A stretch of DNA of 64,000 bases from Trypanosoma brucei (GCA_000002445.1 CM000207.1:1824001-1888000); one strand, 5' to 3'. Positions 34,531 through 45,224 are shown, counted from the stretch's first letter. A program made the numbers and translations. The notes: generated by a model not told the origin, from the letters alone.

Positions 34531-34929
34531 ATGGGTAGAAATGTAACTGCGGTTACGTCATCAGCCTCACCTGCTTTGGATGTTGAAACTGATGAGTTTG
34601 CGGAGGATAACGGCTTCTTTGATGATTTTTCTGCGGATGGGAGCAGCAAACTTTCGAAAAGAAAACGGAGCCGTCAGTCATATGAACAAAATCAACAGGT
34701 ACTGGAGGCAACGGTGGTGGAGGATGAGGTGTCTCGGAAGGAACGGGTGGAAGGAGCCCGAAGAAAAATAGCTGCAGCGGTGTTAGCGAGAGCAAGTCCA
34801 CGTGAGGTGAAGCAGGCGGTGATGAAGATGAAAAAGAAGAAGAAGGATAGGGAGTCAACAGAGGTGTTGCCCAAGGAAGGAAGACATAAACACGTAGAGG
34901 GCAGGAAAAAATCAAGGAGCAAAAAATAA
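34531..34929 (+). CDS. hypothetical small basic (Lys-rich) protein, about 132 aa. The tracker ORF begins at 34324, but its N-terminal 69 codons are low-complexity.
   Basis: MGRNVTAVTSS...KRKRSRQSYEQ...MKMKKKKKDRE...GRKKSRSKK. The acidic-then-basic layout resembles small nucleolar/ribosome-biogenesis factors. No family recognised. Confidence 0.4.
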   Translation: MGRNVTAVTSSASPALDVETDEFAEDNGFFDDFSADGSSKLSKRKRSRQSYEQNQQVLEATVVEDEVSRKERVEGARRKIAAAVLARASPREVKQAVMKMKKKKKDRESTEVLPKEGRHKHVEGRKKSRSKK

Positions 34930-35429
34930 CAGAGGGAGGGGATTTCGTCTTCTTCACCCTTACCTGCGTTTCAACCTTCTTGTTGTTGTTCACTTTCTAA
35001 AGAAGTTTCACTCTCCGGGAATATCTCCACTTCCACTTCTTTTCCATTACTTGTCTTTATGGCTACGGTTCCGATGAAGCAGTGGGAGGTAGCGGAAGAA
35101 CTCCCCATCCTTCTTGTACTTATATAAACATGGGCTCTGAAGATTTGTGCCGGCCTGAAGTTACTTTTCTCGCCTTTTTTTTGTCGCATTAATATGATCT
35201 GTGCTTGCCTCCATACAGACGTCTCTCTAGATGCCCGCGGTTTGTATGCTATTCCCGCACCGATGACGATTCCCACGTTTTTTTTTTTTAATTCATCTCC
35301 ACTGACATTTCCATGTCCATTCCCATTCTCGTTATTGTTATTATTAAATTTTTACTTGCTTATTTCATCTCGATCATGTTGCGGTGCACAACTTAAAGGC
35401 AGGGTGCTGTTTATAACTGCATGGTATAA

Positions 35430-36287
35430 ATGTCTCATCCCGACAATGACGCCGATTTGGATGCCCTCCTGGATGACTGTTTGAACACAATGGATGAACA
35501 GGAGCGTATACACGAAGAAAAGGCTCAGGAACGAGCGGCAACACGCGCAGTTGATCAAAAGAGTGCAACTGCAGAGTTGAACCCAGATGAGGCTACCATG
35601 ATCAACCTCCTTCGAACAATCATGGAGTCTGCGGGAAGTGATGAAAATACTGACGCCGACAACGTTGAAGAAAAGTTGGCGTCACAAATCGAGGAAATAA
35701 GCGCAATGCTGGCGGGGATTCCAGACATAACGCCGGAGGAGCGCCAGAGCTACGAACAAGTGCTGCAACTCGTGCAAACACTAAAGGATGGCAGCGCAGC
35801 GAGTTCAAAAGAAGGGGAGGGTTCCGGAACATCGTTATCAGATGGTGACGATGACAAACCGAGCGAAGAGGAGCTTGCCACAATTCGTAAGGTGAATGAG
35901 TTACTCATGCAGCTAGGCGAAGGCGAAGGCGTACCAGCGACTGAGGCGGGTTCCGCCGGTGCAACTGAAAACGCTGACTCCCCTGAGTTTGCAGCAGAGG
36001 CGTTGCTTAATGTTTTACTAGATCCACAGTTGGTGGAGCCCTTGCGACAAATGCGGGAATCGTACCCACTATGGTTAGCGGAAAATGAAAGCAAAACGAG
36101 TGCCGAGGACTTGGCGAGATATAAGAGACAACACGAAATTACCGTAAGTATTTGCGATTTTCTTGAATCGGGTGCTGTTGGTGCTCAAGATATGGAAAGG
36201 ATGAGCACTTTGGTTGCGTTGATGCATGAATATTCCTCACTCGCACCGCTTCCCCCAGGACTTGCCGATGTGCAACCATCAGTGTAG
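35430..36287 (+). CDS. PEX19: peroxin 19 (PEX19), glycosomal/peroxisomal membrane protein import receptor. It lacks a C-terminal CaaX box.
   Basis: N-terminal acidic 'DADLDALLDDCLNTMDE' matches the PEX19 'ELEELLESALDDFD' block. C-terminal 'LMQLGEGEG...LLNVLLDPQLVEPLRQMRESYPLWLAENESKTSAEDLARYKRQHEITVSICDFLES' is collinear with human PEX19 'GMDEGDGEG...IMQNLLSKDVLYPSLKEITEKYPEWLQSHRESLPPEQFEKYQEQHSVMCKICEQFEAE' (recalled from memory). Confidence 0.8.
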   Translation: MSHPDNDADLDALLDDCLNTMDEQERIHEEKAQERAATRAVDQKSATAELNPDEATMINLLRTIMESAGSDENTDADNVEEKLASQIEEISAMLAGIPDITPEERQSYEQVLQLVQTLKDGSAASSKEGEGSGTSLSDGDDDKPSEEELATIRKVNELLMQLGEGEGVPATEAGSAGATENADSPEFAAEALLNVLLDPQLVEPLRQMRESYPLWLAENESKTSAEDLARYKRQHEITVSICDFLESGAVGAQDMERMSTLVALMHEYSSLAPLPPGLADVQPSV

Positions 36288-37196
36288 TGTCACTGGCTGG
36301 TTGAGCTTGAATAGGATTAAAAAGGAAGTAGCTGAAATGTTCATGACCGTCAAAGCGTCGTGTTTTTCATTCAAGTATGAGGGAGTAATAACATTGAAGG
36401 AAGTGTCACATTCGGAAACCAGATGTAATTACGCGGTGCCGCTCCACGCCCCTGCTTTCTGTTTTACCGCTTTTCTTTCACTTCTGAGGTATGGGGTGTA
36501 GTAGTGGTGCGGTTGCATCTGCTGCGTGTGTGTATGTACGAGTGTGTGAATTGGGGAGGCGGAAGCGAAGCCAAGTGACATTAGATCCTGCGAAGCGAAC
36601 GAAAAAGGAAAAAAAAAAGAAAGGATGTAGTGGTGAAGCTTGTTGTGTTGTTAATATGATTTCCTCCTTAACATTCTGTTCGTAGTCGGGTGGGACAATG
36701 TTGCTAAGGAACAACGGATATCCACCACAGTTCCTTTGTAACAAATATATTGTTGATCGACTTTGGCGACGGTGACACCTCTGTCGTTATTAATATTATT
36801 TTTTGTTTTGGCTCTTCTTTTTTTAAAAAAATTGATTGTGTATTTAACCTTATGTTTCTCCTCCTCCAGTTGTTCCGTTTTCCTCTCCTTCACTGTAGAC
36901 AAGAAGGGGAAGGCGCAGCAGTTAGTAACAGTGTCGAGAAAGTAAGTTGGGAATTCACGACGCTAAATAGATTATAATAATTATAGAATTGTTTTTTTTT
37001 GTAAAAAAAAAAAGACAAGAAGACACAAAATTAGTGATAACATATCCAGAAATAATTCTCCTGTTTGAGGGGAGGCAAATATTCCCGTCAGAAGCGAAAT
37101 AAAAGGCGACAAGAAACGTTCGGGGGGGAGGGTGAGGGGGGACAAAGGAATATTAAGAGAGAGAAAAGGGAGGAGGGGGAGAAAAATTAAGCATAC

Positions 37197-38282
37197 GTGC
37201 CAGTCGTTATGACGGGAGAAGGCACACTGTCGAATGGGCAACCTGCGAAGAATAGTACACTTCCATGGGTGGAGAAGTACCGCCCCACTACACTTGATGA
37301 TGTGGTGGCACATGAAGAAATCCTTGACACCACGCGTCGCTTGATGAACAGTGGTAGCATGCCACATCTTCTTTTCTATGGCCCACCAGGAACCGGCAAA
37401 ACAACAACCATTAAAGCGTGCGCTCATCACCTATTTGGAAAAGAGCGTCTGCGGGCCAACGTACTCGAGATGAACGCGTCAGATGATCGCGGTATTGATG
37501 TTGTGCGTCAGCAGGTTAGGGAGTTTGCGAGCACAAGCTCTATATTTTTTCAAAACAACCCCGGAAACCAAACGGTAACGAATTTCAAACTCGTTATTCT
37601 TGATGAGGCTGACCAGATGTCCAGTGATGCGCAGGCCGCCTTACGCCGCATCATTGAAAAATTTACGAAAAACGTACGATTCTGCATATTGTGCAATCAC
37701 ATCAACAAAATCATACCAGCCCTACAGTCGCGGTGCACGCGGTTTCGCTTCTCTCCTGTGAAAAAATCAGCGATGCTTCCCCGCCTGAAGTTAATTGCCA
37801 GGGAAGAAGGTGTTCCCTTCACTGACGAGGGTTTGATATCTGCATTTCGACTTAGTGATGGCGATATGCGGCGTTGTTTGAATACTATGCAGGCCTCCTC
37901 TATGTCAGCAGGGGAAATTACAGAAGAGTCTGTGTATCGCACAACTGGCAACCCAACACCTACGGATGTGCGAGTAATGGTGGGAGACATGCTGTCGCAT
38001 AATTACGCCACATCATGGGAGAAGGTGCAGCAGCTGGTAGTGGACAAGGGCGTGTCAACGGCAGATCTGGTGAGGGAAGTGCACCTTATCGTGATGGCGA
38101 TGGATCTCCCACAAGACTGTAAATGTTTTCTTTTGATAAAACTGGCGGATGTGGAATACTACGCAGCAGGTGGTACCCGGGAGATGATCAACATTGGTGG
38201 GGTGCTTGGTGCATTTCAATTGGTGAAGGAAGCACTTACCCAAAATAAACCTATCTTTGAGCTCGCAGGTGGCCTGTGCTGA
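37197..38282 (+). CDS. replication factor C small subunit (AAA+ clamp loader). Best resemblance is to human RFC5 / yeast Rfc3.
   Basis: 'PWVEKYRP' RFC box II. Walker A 'GPPGTGKTT'. Walker B 'ILDEADQM'. 'SRCTRFRF' SRC arginine-finger motif. 'LSDGDMRRCLNTMQ' sensor 2 region. Confidence 0.9.
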   Translation: MPVVMTGEGTLSNGQPAKNSTLPWVEKYRPTTLDDVVAHEEILDTTRRLMNSGSMPHLLFYGPPGTGKTTTIKACAHHLFGKERLRANVLEMNASDDRGIDVVRQQVREFASTSSIFFQNNPGNQTVTNFKLVILDEADQMSSDAQAALRRIIEKFTKNVRFCILCNHINKIIPALQSRCTRFRFSPVKKSAMLPRLKLIAREEGVPFTDEGLISAFRLSDGDMRRCLNTMQASSMSAGEITEESVYRTTGNPTPTDVRVMVGDMLSHNYATSWEKVQQLVVDKGVSTADLVREVHLIVMAMDLPQDCKCFLLIKLADVEYYAAGGTREMINIGGVLGAFQLVKEALTQNKPIFELAGGLC

Positions 38283-38860
38283 GTTTTTGTAGCTATAAAG
38301 TTAAGCCGGGGTTATGAATTGTACCGCTGTACTTCGTGGAGAGCCACATGATGGCAGAAAAAGAAGTAAACGGGGTATGGCTGCGCGGAAGAATAACTTT
38401 CTTCACCAAATTGTGTCCCTTGCCTTTTTTGCCTCATGGTATATTTTATTTGTTTATTTATTTGTGTTTCACCAAGGAAATGCTTGGTGTTTGCCGCCTC
38501 CAACAGTGTAAGTCATTCTATTTTCCTCTTGTCATTTCCTTTTTTTTGTTTTCACGCACCGGAATCATTGGTTATGTTCACGTAGGCTTGACGCGAAAGC
38601 AAGAAACTTACCGCTGTATCGTTTTCATCACCATTGGATACTCGTAGATTAAGGGAAGGGGGAGAAGGCACCATTGAGAGGTGCAATCCATCGAAATATA
38701 TACATATATTTATTTATTTATTTTTACATCCAGGATCTTTTTTTTTGCTTTTTTCTTTTTGTAACGTGAAATACCACCGCTGCTCAGGCTGGATTTTTGT
38801 AAGGTTTCACGTGGTCTGTAGTTAACATTTTTTTTTATTTTTTGCGCTTCGGTTCGTCCA

Positions 38861-41458
38861 ATGGGATCTAGTGATGATGAGTGGCAAAATCCCCCAGTGT
38901 TCCCGGGTGGAAGGCGTCCTGGTGCTGGTGGTAGCGGTGAGAATGCCATGTTAGCTGCGCGGAGACGTGCAATGCAAGAAAGGCGGGAGGCGGATTCTTC
39001 ACAACGTGGTGGTTTGGCATCAGGACCGGTTGTACAACCAAGTGGTAAGGCTGTTGAGAGCTTGCCGTGGGATGATTCATCGGATAGTGTAAAACAACAA
39101 CCTCAGCGGCCACAAATGCAGGTGCAGGTGCCTCCCCCTCAGGCTGCCAGTGCTGTGACGGAGGAAATGCTTGAGACTCTACGACGTGATCTGGAGGCTA
39201 AGAAAAAAGTTTTGTCAGCGGCAAAGGAAAAGGAGGAGGCTTTGAGGGAGCAATGGCGGGCACAAAAGGCCCAGCGAATGGCTCAGATTGCCCAACTAGA
39301 CGAGAAGATTCGCCGCCAACAGGATGCCGTAGAGGATGTAAAGGCAGTAGCTGAGAGGGAGCTCCGTGATGCAGAAGCGGCACAGCAGCAGCGCCTAAGA
39401 GAAGAAAAGGAAAGAATGGAGATGGAGATTCGCGAGCAGTATGAGCCCCTAATTGCCGAGCAGCGGGCGCAACTAAAGGAACTTCAGGCGAAGGAGACAA
39501 AACTTCAAGCCGAACTCAACGCCGGCGATAATGCCAAGGATCTCGTGAACCGGTGCATAAGTAGTGCACTCGCCACTATATTGCAACGTGTGGAAGGAAT
39601 GTTTGCTGAGGACACATCCACGATGAACGAGTGGGAAAATGATGTTCAACGTCTTGTGCGAAACGAGGTTCGTTCCTCTTTTGCTGTAGCCAATGACACC
39701 GAGGCACAAAGGGAGCGGGAGGAATACCAGCGTTATTTTGAGGATACCCTTGATTTTTGGAGGCGGGCCGAAGCGGAACAACGGGAACGTGTGCTCAAAA
39801 TGGATGAGCAGCTACTTCTTGACCTTCAATCGATGGTGCACGATGACCTCGATCGACTCCAGCGGGAGGAATTCAACATGGAGGAATTATATGTACAATC
39901 CCGTGAGACTTGGGCGGAACAGCACCAGCAATTGTTACAACGCGAGTTGAACGCGGCCATGTCCCGTCGCGCAGCCGAATTTGAAGAGCAGCGTGCCGCA
40001 CGCCACGAGCTGCATCTTGAGCGGATGAAAGTTGCAGAAGAGAGACACCATGAAACGGTTCAAAAACTCCGTTGGTTCCATGAGAAACAAATGACGCTGC
40101 TGCGAGAGCAATACGCGAAGGAGCAACGTCTTGAGGAGCAGCGTATGATGTTAGCCTCTGCGGCACAGGAAGACGTCGCACGTGCGACAGAGGAATTTGG
40201 CCACGTTGCTGACGCAGTGGAGGGGTTATTGCAGTTGCTTAAAGACTATCGTCAGTCTGTTGACGAGGGCCGCGCATCCATCGACGAGGAGAGGCGCCGT
40301 ACGCTTGAAGCTCGGGAGGCGACACTTAATGCCTTGCAGGACATCGTTTCAAAGCAAACTGTTGCAACAAATGATGAATACACATCTCTCTCAACAACAC
40401 TGAACAAATTAGAAACTGTGCGTGCCATGGTGGAGCAACACCTTGAGGACGAACGCATATGGCTCGGTAAACAGGAAGCTTCCTTTGCACGCAGCAAAGC
40501 GGAGTGGGAGCGTGAGTACCGGCGCTGGAAACAGATGGTGGAAATGGAGAAAAGTCAGGTGCTTGAGCGTTATAACGGCGTACTAAGTGAGTTACACCAA
40601 GTTGCAACGCTTTTATCGGAGGAGGAACGTGATGTGCAGACGGAACAGACCTCCATTTCTTCGTGGCTGCGCCATGTTAGCGAGGAAGCAGGTGCCGAGG
40701 TGCGGCAACTACAAAAGCGGGAAGAGGACCTTAAGGAAAGGCAGATCAAAATGCAGGCTCTCGGAGACGAAGTACAGACCAAAGGTTTTCAACTAAACGA
40801 ACAATGGGAGAAACTCCGATTAGAACGACAACAGTTAGTAAACGAAGAGAATGTGCTCAGGGAGGATGAGGCGAAGTTGCGCCAAACGAGTCATTATCTT
40901 CGAATGCTTCAGGCACAAATTGAGGGCACTAAGATCGAATCGGTGGCGGCAAAAGATCGCGTACGTTCCCTTCAGTGCGAACTTTTGGCATCCAGGACGG
41001 CCATCGACCAAATGAGACAACCAAAAAAGTGTGACTTTCGTCATCGCGCCGAACCAATAGAAGTGCCTATTCGCAGACAGGCGCAAAACATTGAAAATGA
41101 CTCAACCCGGTTACCACTTCGTGTTTTGAACGAATTGCGGGAGTTACTCGACACCGAGGAGACATGCCGCGATCAAGGCCCAGTTGTAACCTTCTCAACA
41201 AATAGTAAGCTGCAAAAAGTTAGCCATGAAGCATTCTCCCCGCCACCAAGAGAGGAGGGTGGTAACACACAAAACAGGAGCAGACATCGTGAGGAGCGAC
41301 GTTCACGTACCGATAAACGAAAAACAAAGTACACAGATCCAGCTGACATCTCCCGTGATACGTTTTCTCAAACATGTAACTCATCAAACAACTTTACAAC
41401 TCTTATAGGATTTTCAGACTCAGAAGCTTTGCATGAATCAGCGACGCAATCACCCTAA
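38861..41458 (+). CDS. hypothetical coiled-coil protein (865 aa), E/R/Q-rich
   Basis: Long heptad-like stretches (EQRAQLKELQAKETKLQAELN, ERRRTLEAREATLNALQDIV and others). The N-terminus is Gly/Pro-rich and the C-terminus basic. Confidence 0.6.
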   Translation: MGSSDDEWQNPPVFPGGRRPGAGGSGENAMLAARRRAMQERREADSSQRGGLASGPVVQPSGKAVESLPWDDSSDSVKQQPQRPQMQVQVPPPQAASAVTEEMLETLRRDLEAKKKVLSAAKEKEEALREQWRAQKAQRMAQIAQLDEKIRRQQDAVEDVKAVAERELRDAEAAQQQRLREEKERMEMEIREQYEPLIAEQRAQLKELQAKETKLQAELNAGDNAKDLVNRCISSALATILQRVEGMFAEDTSTMNEWENDVQRLVRNEVRSSFAVANDTEAQREREEYQRYFEDTLDFWRRAEAEQRERVLKMDEQLLLDLQSMVHDDLDRLQREEFNMEELYVQSRETWAEQHQQLLQRELNAAMSRRAAEFEEQRAARHELHLERMKVAEERHHETVQKLRWFHEKQMTLLREQYAKEQRLEEQRMMLASAAQEDVARATEEFGHVADAVEGLLQLLKDYRQSVDEGRASIDEERRRTLEAREATLNALQDIVSKQTVATNDEYTSLSTTLNKLETVRAMVEQHLEDERIWLGKQEASFARSKAEWEREYRRWKQMVEMEKSQVLERYNGVLSELHQVATLLSEEERDVQTEQTSISSWLRHVSEEAGAEVRQLQKREEDLKERQIKMQALGDEVQTKGFQLNEQWEKLRLERQQLVNEENVLREDEAKLRQTSHYLRMLQAQIEGTKIESVAAKDRVRSLQCELLASRTAIDQMRQPKKCDFRHRAEPIEVPIRRQAQNIENDSTRLPLRVLNELRELLDTEETCRDQGPVVTFSTNSKLQKVSHEAFSPPPREEGGNTQNRSRHREERRSRTDKRKTKYTDPADISRDTFSQTCNSSNNFTTLIGFSDSEALHESATQSP

Positions 41459-41772
41459 TAGTCTGGAAAAGGGGGCAAATACAAGAATTTGAACGTAAAA
41501 TTTAAAGTACCAGTTAGCAAACACCTATATCTTTGACAACCATAGACGACATCATTACTAAGGAGCACGAACAGCACTTCCTTTAATTATTTATTAAAAC
41601 AAAAAAATACGCCCTACACTTGCCTTGAAAAAAATAAGCGAAAATTAATTACTCTGTCCTCTTATTTTTGCAAACGCATAAAGAATTAAAGACAAAAAGA
41701 TTCAAGAGGCACAAGAAGTGGATATCACTGTTTATGATTGTGCTGGTTTTGTTTCGTAAGCGCGTATACAAT

Positions 41773-41832
41773 ATTACTGATGTATAACACGATATTCAGG
41801 TAAAGATTATCAGGAGTAACTGACTGAGATAA
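41773..41832 (+). ncRNA. second candidate box C/D-like snoRNA in the repeat unit (copy 1). It recurs at +662 and +1324. The C box recurs at 43764 in the truncated fourth copy.
   Basis: C-like box TGATGT at 41778..41783 and D box CTGA at 41824..41827 ('taactgactgag'). It is short for a snoRNA, so boundaries are uncertain. Confidence 0.3.
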
Positions 41833-41966
41833 CATCATGCACCACTCTGACCAATACTTCTCCCCTACTGTGGTTATGGAATATGTTTCCCTCCATGATG
41901 CCATGACAAGACTATAAGAGCACAGTTTGAACTGACTTCACAAGACGGACGAGAACGTCGCTGCAA

Positions 41967-42045
41967 TATTCTGATGATTGGAAGGGCATATGGGTGAATA
42001 TATGTGACAGTGAAGCACAATTTACACGGATTCACCCTGACTTAT
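41967..42045 (+). ncRNA. candidate box C/D snoRNA (repeat copy 1)
   Basis: Canonical C box TGATGA at 41972..41977 and D box CTGA at 42037..42040 are 60 nt apart. Internal 'tgaag/gtgacag' are possible C'/D'-like elements. The motif positions are conserved in the repeat. Confidence 0.4.
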
Positions 42046-42628
42046 ATTTTAATGCCGGTGTTATCCGCCAGTGTTGTGCCAGATATATCAGCTGTTTCCT
42101 CTATGATGTTAAAAGAAGTTTTGTAGTAGGGTAAAATCTGACATCCGACCATGAAGGTACGAATTTAATGTGCTTTCATGTGCTTCTGCTATTGTGGTTG
42201 CACAGAGGCGCTATGTCTGAGAATTTCTATCTTTCTCCACTTCTTTTACTTACTTTCCTCCTTCACTGCTTTACTCCCACACTATTTTTTAATCGTTGTT
42301 ACAACTGCTTGGTTCGAGTGCCCTCAGGTATTGTGGTGTTTGTTGCTTATCGCCATCACAGGTTCAAGAGGCACAAGAAGTGGATATCACTGTTTATGAT
42401 TGTGCTGGTTTTGTTTCGTAAGCGCGTATACAATATTACTGATGTATAACACGATATTCAGGTAAAGATTATCAGGAGTAACTGACTGAGATAACATCAT
42501 GCACCACTCTGACCAATACTTCTCCCCTACTGTGGTTATGGAATATGTTTCCCTCCATGATGCCATGACAAGACTATAAAAGCACAGTTTGAACTGACTT
42601 CACAAGACGGACGAGAACGTCGCTGCAA

Positions 42629-42707
42629 TATTCTGATGATTGGAAGGGCATATGGGTGAATATATGTGACAGTGAAGCACAATTTACACGGATTCACCCT
42701 GACTTAT
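42629..42707 (+). ncRNA. candidate box C/D snoRNA (repeat copy 2)
   Basis: Same element as copy 1, shifted by 662 bp (C box 42634..42639, D box 42699..42702). Confidence 0.4.
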
Positions 42708-43290
42708 ATTTTAATGCCGGTGTTATCCGCCAGTGTTGTGCCAGATATATCAGCTGTTTCCTCTATGATGTTAAAAGAAGTTTTGTAGTAGGGTAAAATC
42801 TGACATCCGACCATGAAGGTACGAATTTAATGTGCTTTCATGTGCTTCTGCTATTGTGGTTGCACAGAGGCGCTATGTCTGAGAATTTCTATCTTTCTCC
42901 ACTTCTTTTACTTACTTTCCTCCTTCACTGCTTTACTCCCACACTATTTTTTAATCGTTGTTACAACTGCTTGGTTCGAGTGCCCTCAGGTATTGTGGTG
43001 TTTGTTGCTTATCGCCATCACAGGTTCAAGAGGCACAAGAAGTGGATATCACTGTTTATGATTGTGCTGGTTTTGTTTCGTAAGCGTGTATACAATATTA
43101 CTGATGTATAACACGATATTCAGGTAAAGATTATCAGGAGTAACTGACTGAGATAACATCATGCACCACTCTGACCAATACTTTTCCCCTACTGTGGTTG
43201 TGGAATATGTTTCCCTCCATGATGCCATGACAAGACTATAAAAGCACAGTTTGAACTGACTTCACAAGACGGACGAGAACGTCGCTGCAA

Positions 43291-43369
43291 TATTCTGATG
43301 ATTGGAAGGGCATATGGGTGAATATATGTGACAGTGAAGCACAATTTACACGGATTCACCCTGACTTAT
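43291..43369 (+). ncRNA. candidate box C/D snoRNA (repeat copy 3)
   Basis: Same element, shifted by 1324 bp (C box 43296..43301). Confidence 0.4.
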
Positions 43370-43907
43370 ATTTTAATGCCGGTGTTATCCGCCAGTGTTG
43401 TGCCAGATATATCAGCTGTTTCCTCTATGATGTTAAAAGAAGTTTTGTAGTAGGGTAAAATCTGACATCCGACCATGAAGGTACGAATTTAATGTGCTTT
43501 CATGTGCTTCTGCTATTGTGGTTGCACAGAGGCGCTATGTCTGAGAATTTCTATCTTTCTCCACTTCTTTTACTTACTTTCCTCCTTCACTGCTTTACTC
43601 CCACACTATTTTTTAATCGTTGTTACAACTGCTTGGTTCGAGTGCCCTCAGGTATTGTGGTGTTTGTGGCTTATCGCCATCACAGGTTCAAGAGGCACAA
43701 GAAGTAGATATCACTGTTTATGATTGTGCTGGTTTTGTTTCGTAAGCGCGTATACAATATTACTGATGTATAACACGATATTCAGGTAAAGATTAATAAT
43801 GAGTAAATGTATTAATTTTTCTTTACTATTATTTTAACTAATTAGCTGACGGCTGTGTGTTTTGAAGTCTGTGTGTTGTACTTGGTATGTATTGTTATTG
43901 TTTGTGT

Positions 43908-43950
43908 ATTCTTTTTTTCTTTTTCTTTTTTTCATTTTGTGAGGGAAAGC
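43908..43950 (+). promoter_or_regulatory. polypyrimidine tract upstream of the PLP-enzyme gene (candidate trans-splice signal)
   Basis: ttattgtttgtgtattctttttttctttttctttttttcattttgt immediately precedes the ATG at 43992. The tracker translates it as a spurious N-terminal extension. Confidence 0.45.
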
Positions 43951-43991
43951 TTTGCCTTATTTTTGTTTTGCTTTACTTTATCGAATCGAAA

Positions 43992-45224
43992 ATGTCTAAG
44001 CAGCAGCATTTGGTTTCTGATTTTGAAGATGGCTCTGGTTCATGGTCTAATATCGAACAGGGGTTTGATACTCTTCTTGTTCATGGGGGTGTGAAGCCGG
44101 ATCCAGTGACAGGAGCTGTGCTTACTCCCATTTATCAAAGCACGACGTTTGTTCAAGAGTCAATTGAACTTTATCAATCCAGGGGATTTAGTTATACCCG
44201 GAGTGCAAATCCTACCGTGAAGGCATTAGAGGAAAAGCTGTGCGCGGTGGAGAAGGGTGATTACGCCACGGTATACAGCACAGGTATGGCCGCCACTACA
44301 ACTGTTGTGTCTGCTCTGATGAATGCTGGTGATCATGCTATTGTCACTGACTGCAGTTATGGTGGAACGAATCGTGCGTGCCGTGTGTTTTTTACTCGAT
44401 TTGGTATGGAGTTCACATTTGTCGATATGCGTGATCTGAGCAATGTGGAGAAGGCCATTAAGTCGAACACAAAATTAGTAATCTCTGAAACCCCTGCCAA
44501 TCCTACGTTAACTCTCACTGACATCAGAGCACTGTCAAAGATATGCAAGGCAAAAGGTCTTCTTCATGTTTGTGACAACACTTTTGCAACGGCTTTCATC
44601 ATGCGGCCAATCGACCTTGGTGCTGATGTCAGCCTCATCAGCACAACAAAGTTTGTTGACGGCCATAACATGACGGTTGGTGGTGCACTCGTGACGAAGC
44701 GGAAGGATCTTGATGAGAAACTCCGACTGACGCAGAATATTCTCGGAAATGCCATGTCTCCGTTTGTGGCATTCTTACAACTACAGACAATGAAAACTAT
44801 GTCTCTACGTGTCACTAAACAAAGTGCCAACGCACAGAAGGTGGCGGAATTCCTTGAGACACACCCTATTGTTGATAAGGTGTCCTACCCCGGCCTCAAA
44901 AGCTTTCCGCAGAAGGAACTCGCTGATCGTCAACATTCCAACGGCAATCATGGCGGTATGTTGTGGTTTGAATTGAAGGGTGGCACGGCGGCGGGTCGCC
45001 GTCTGATGGATACCGTCCAACGCCCCTGGTCACTTTGTGAGAATCTTGGAGCAACGGAGAGTATTATCACATGCCCATCTGTCATGACACACGCCAATAT
45101 GACAACTGAGGACCGATTGAAGGTTGGAATTACGGATGGGTTCATTCGTGTTTCCTGCGGTATTGAAGACGCTGAGGATCTCGTTGCCGCTCTTAAGAAA
45201 GCGCTGGATGCCATGTGCCATTAG
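43992..45224 (+). CDS. Cys/Met-metabolism PLP-dependent enzyme (cystathionine gamma-lyase / methionine gamma-lyase family)
   Basis: '...GFSYTRSANPTVKALEEKLCAVEKG...' and '...ISTTKFVDGHNMTVGGALV...' (PLP lysine in the S-x-T-K context). There is full-length collinearity with the trans-sulfuration enzyme family. The tracker start at 43887 is an F/L-rich translation of the polyY tract. Confidence 0.85.
   Translation: MSKQQHLVSDFEDGSGSWSNIEQGFDTLLVHGGVKPDPVTGAVLTPIYQSTTFVQESIELYQSRGFSYTRSANPTVKALEEKLCAVEKGDYATVYSTGMAATTTVVSALMNAGDHAIVTDCSYGGTNRACRVFFTRFGMEFTFVDMRDLSNVEKAIKSNTKLVISETPANPTLTLTDIRALSKICKAKGLLHVCDNTFATAFIMRPIDLGADVSLISTTKFVDGHNMTVGGALVTKRKDLDEKLRLTQNILGNAMSPFVAFLQLQTMKTMSLRVTKQSANAQKVAEFLETHPIVDKVSYPGLKSFPQKELADRQHSNGNHGGMLWFELKGGTAAGRRLMDTVQRPWSLCENLGATESIITCPSVMTHANMTTEDRLKVGITDGFIRVSCGIEDAEDLVAALKKALDAMCH

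Larger units (their letters stand above)
41699..43795 (+). repeat. direct tandem array, 662-bp unit, about 3.2 copies (>98% identity), carrying box C/D-like motif pairs. It is a candidate snoRNA gene cluster.
   Basis: 'ttcaagaggcacaagaagtggatatcactg' recurs at 41701, 42363, 43025 and 43687. The whole 662-bp unit repeats with only a handful of point differences. The final copy is truncated where the sequence diverges after 'ggtaaagatta' (about 43793). Confidence 0.9.

Noticed and set aside
42958-42990. tRNA-like T-arm-looking string (ggttcgagtgcc) inside the repeat unit
   Set aside because: No acceptor stem, D-arm or anticodon arm can be built around it. No tRNA, rRNA or SL RNA gene is recognisable anywhere in the window.
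42168-43723. Repeated 93-aa and 73-aa + strand ORFs (42168..42449, 42830..43111, 43492..43707 and their overlapping 73-aa partners)
   Set aside because: They are identical copies generated by the 662-bp tandem repeat. They are Leu/Phe/Cys-rich low complexity, each in two overlapping frames. They are better explained as frames through a non-coding snoRNA-type cluster.
43887-43991. N-terminal 35-codon extension of the PLP-enzyme ORF (MYCYCLCILFFFFFFSFCEG...)
   Set aside because: It is a translation of the polypyrimidine tract. The first conserved residues follow the ATG at 43992.
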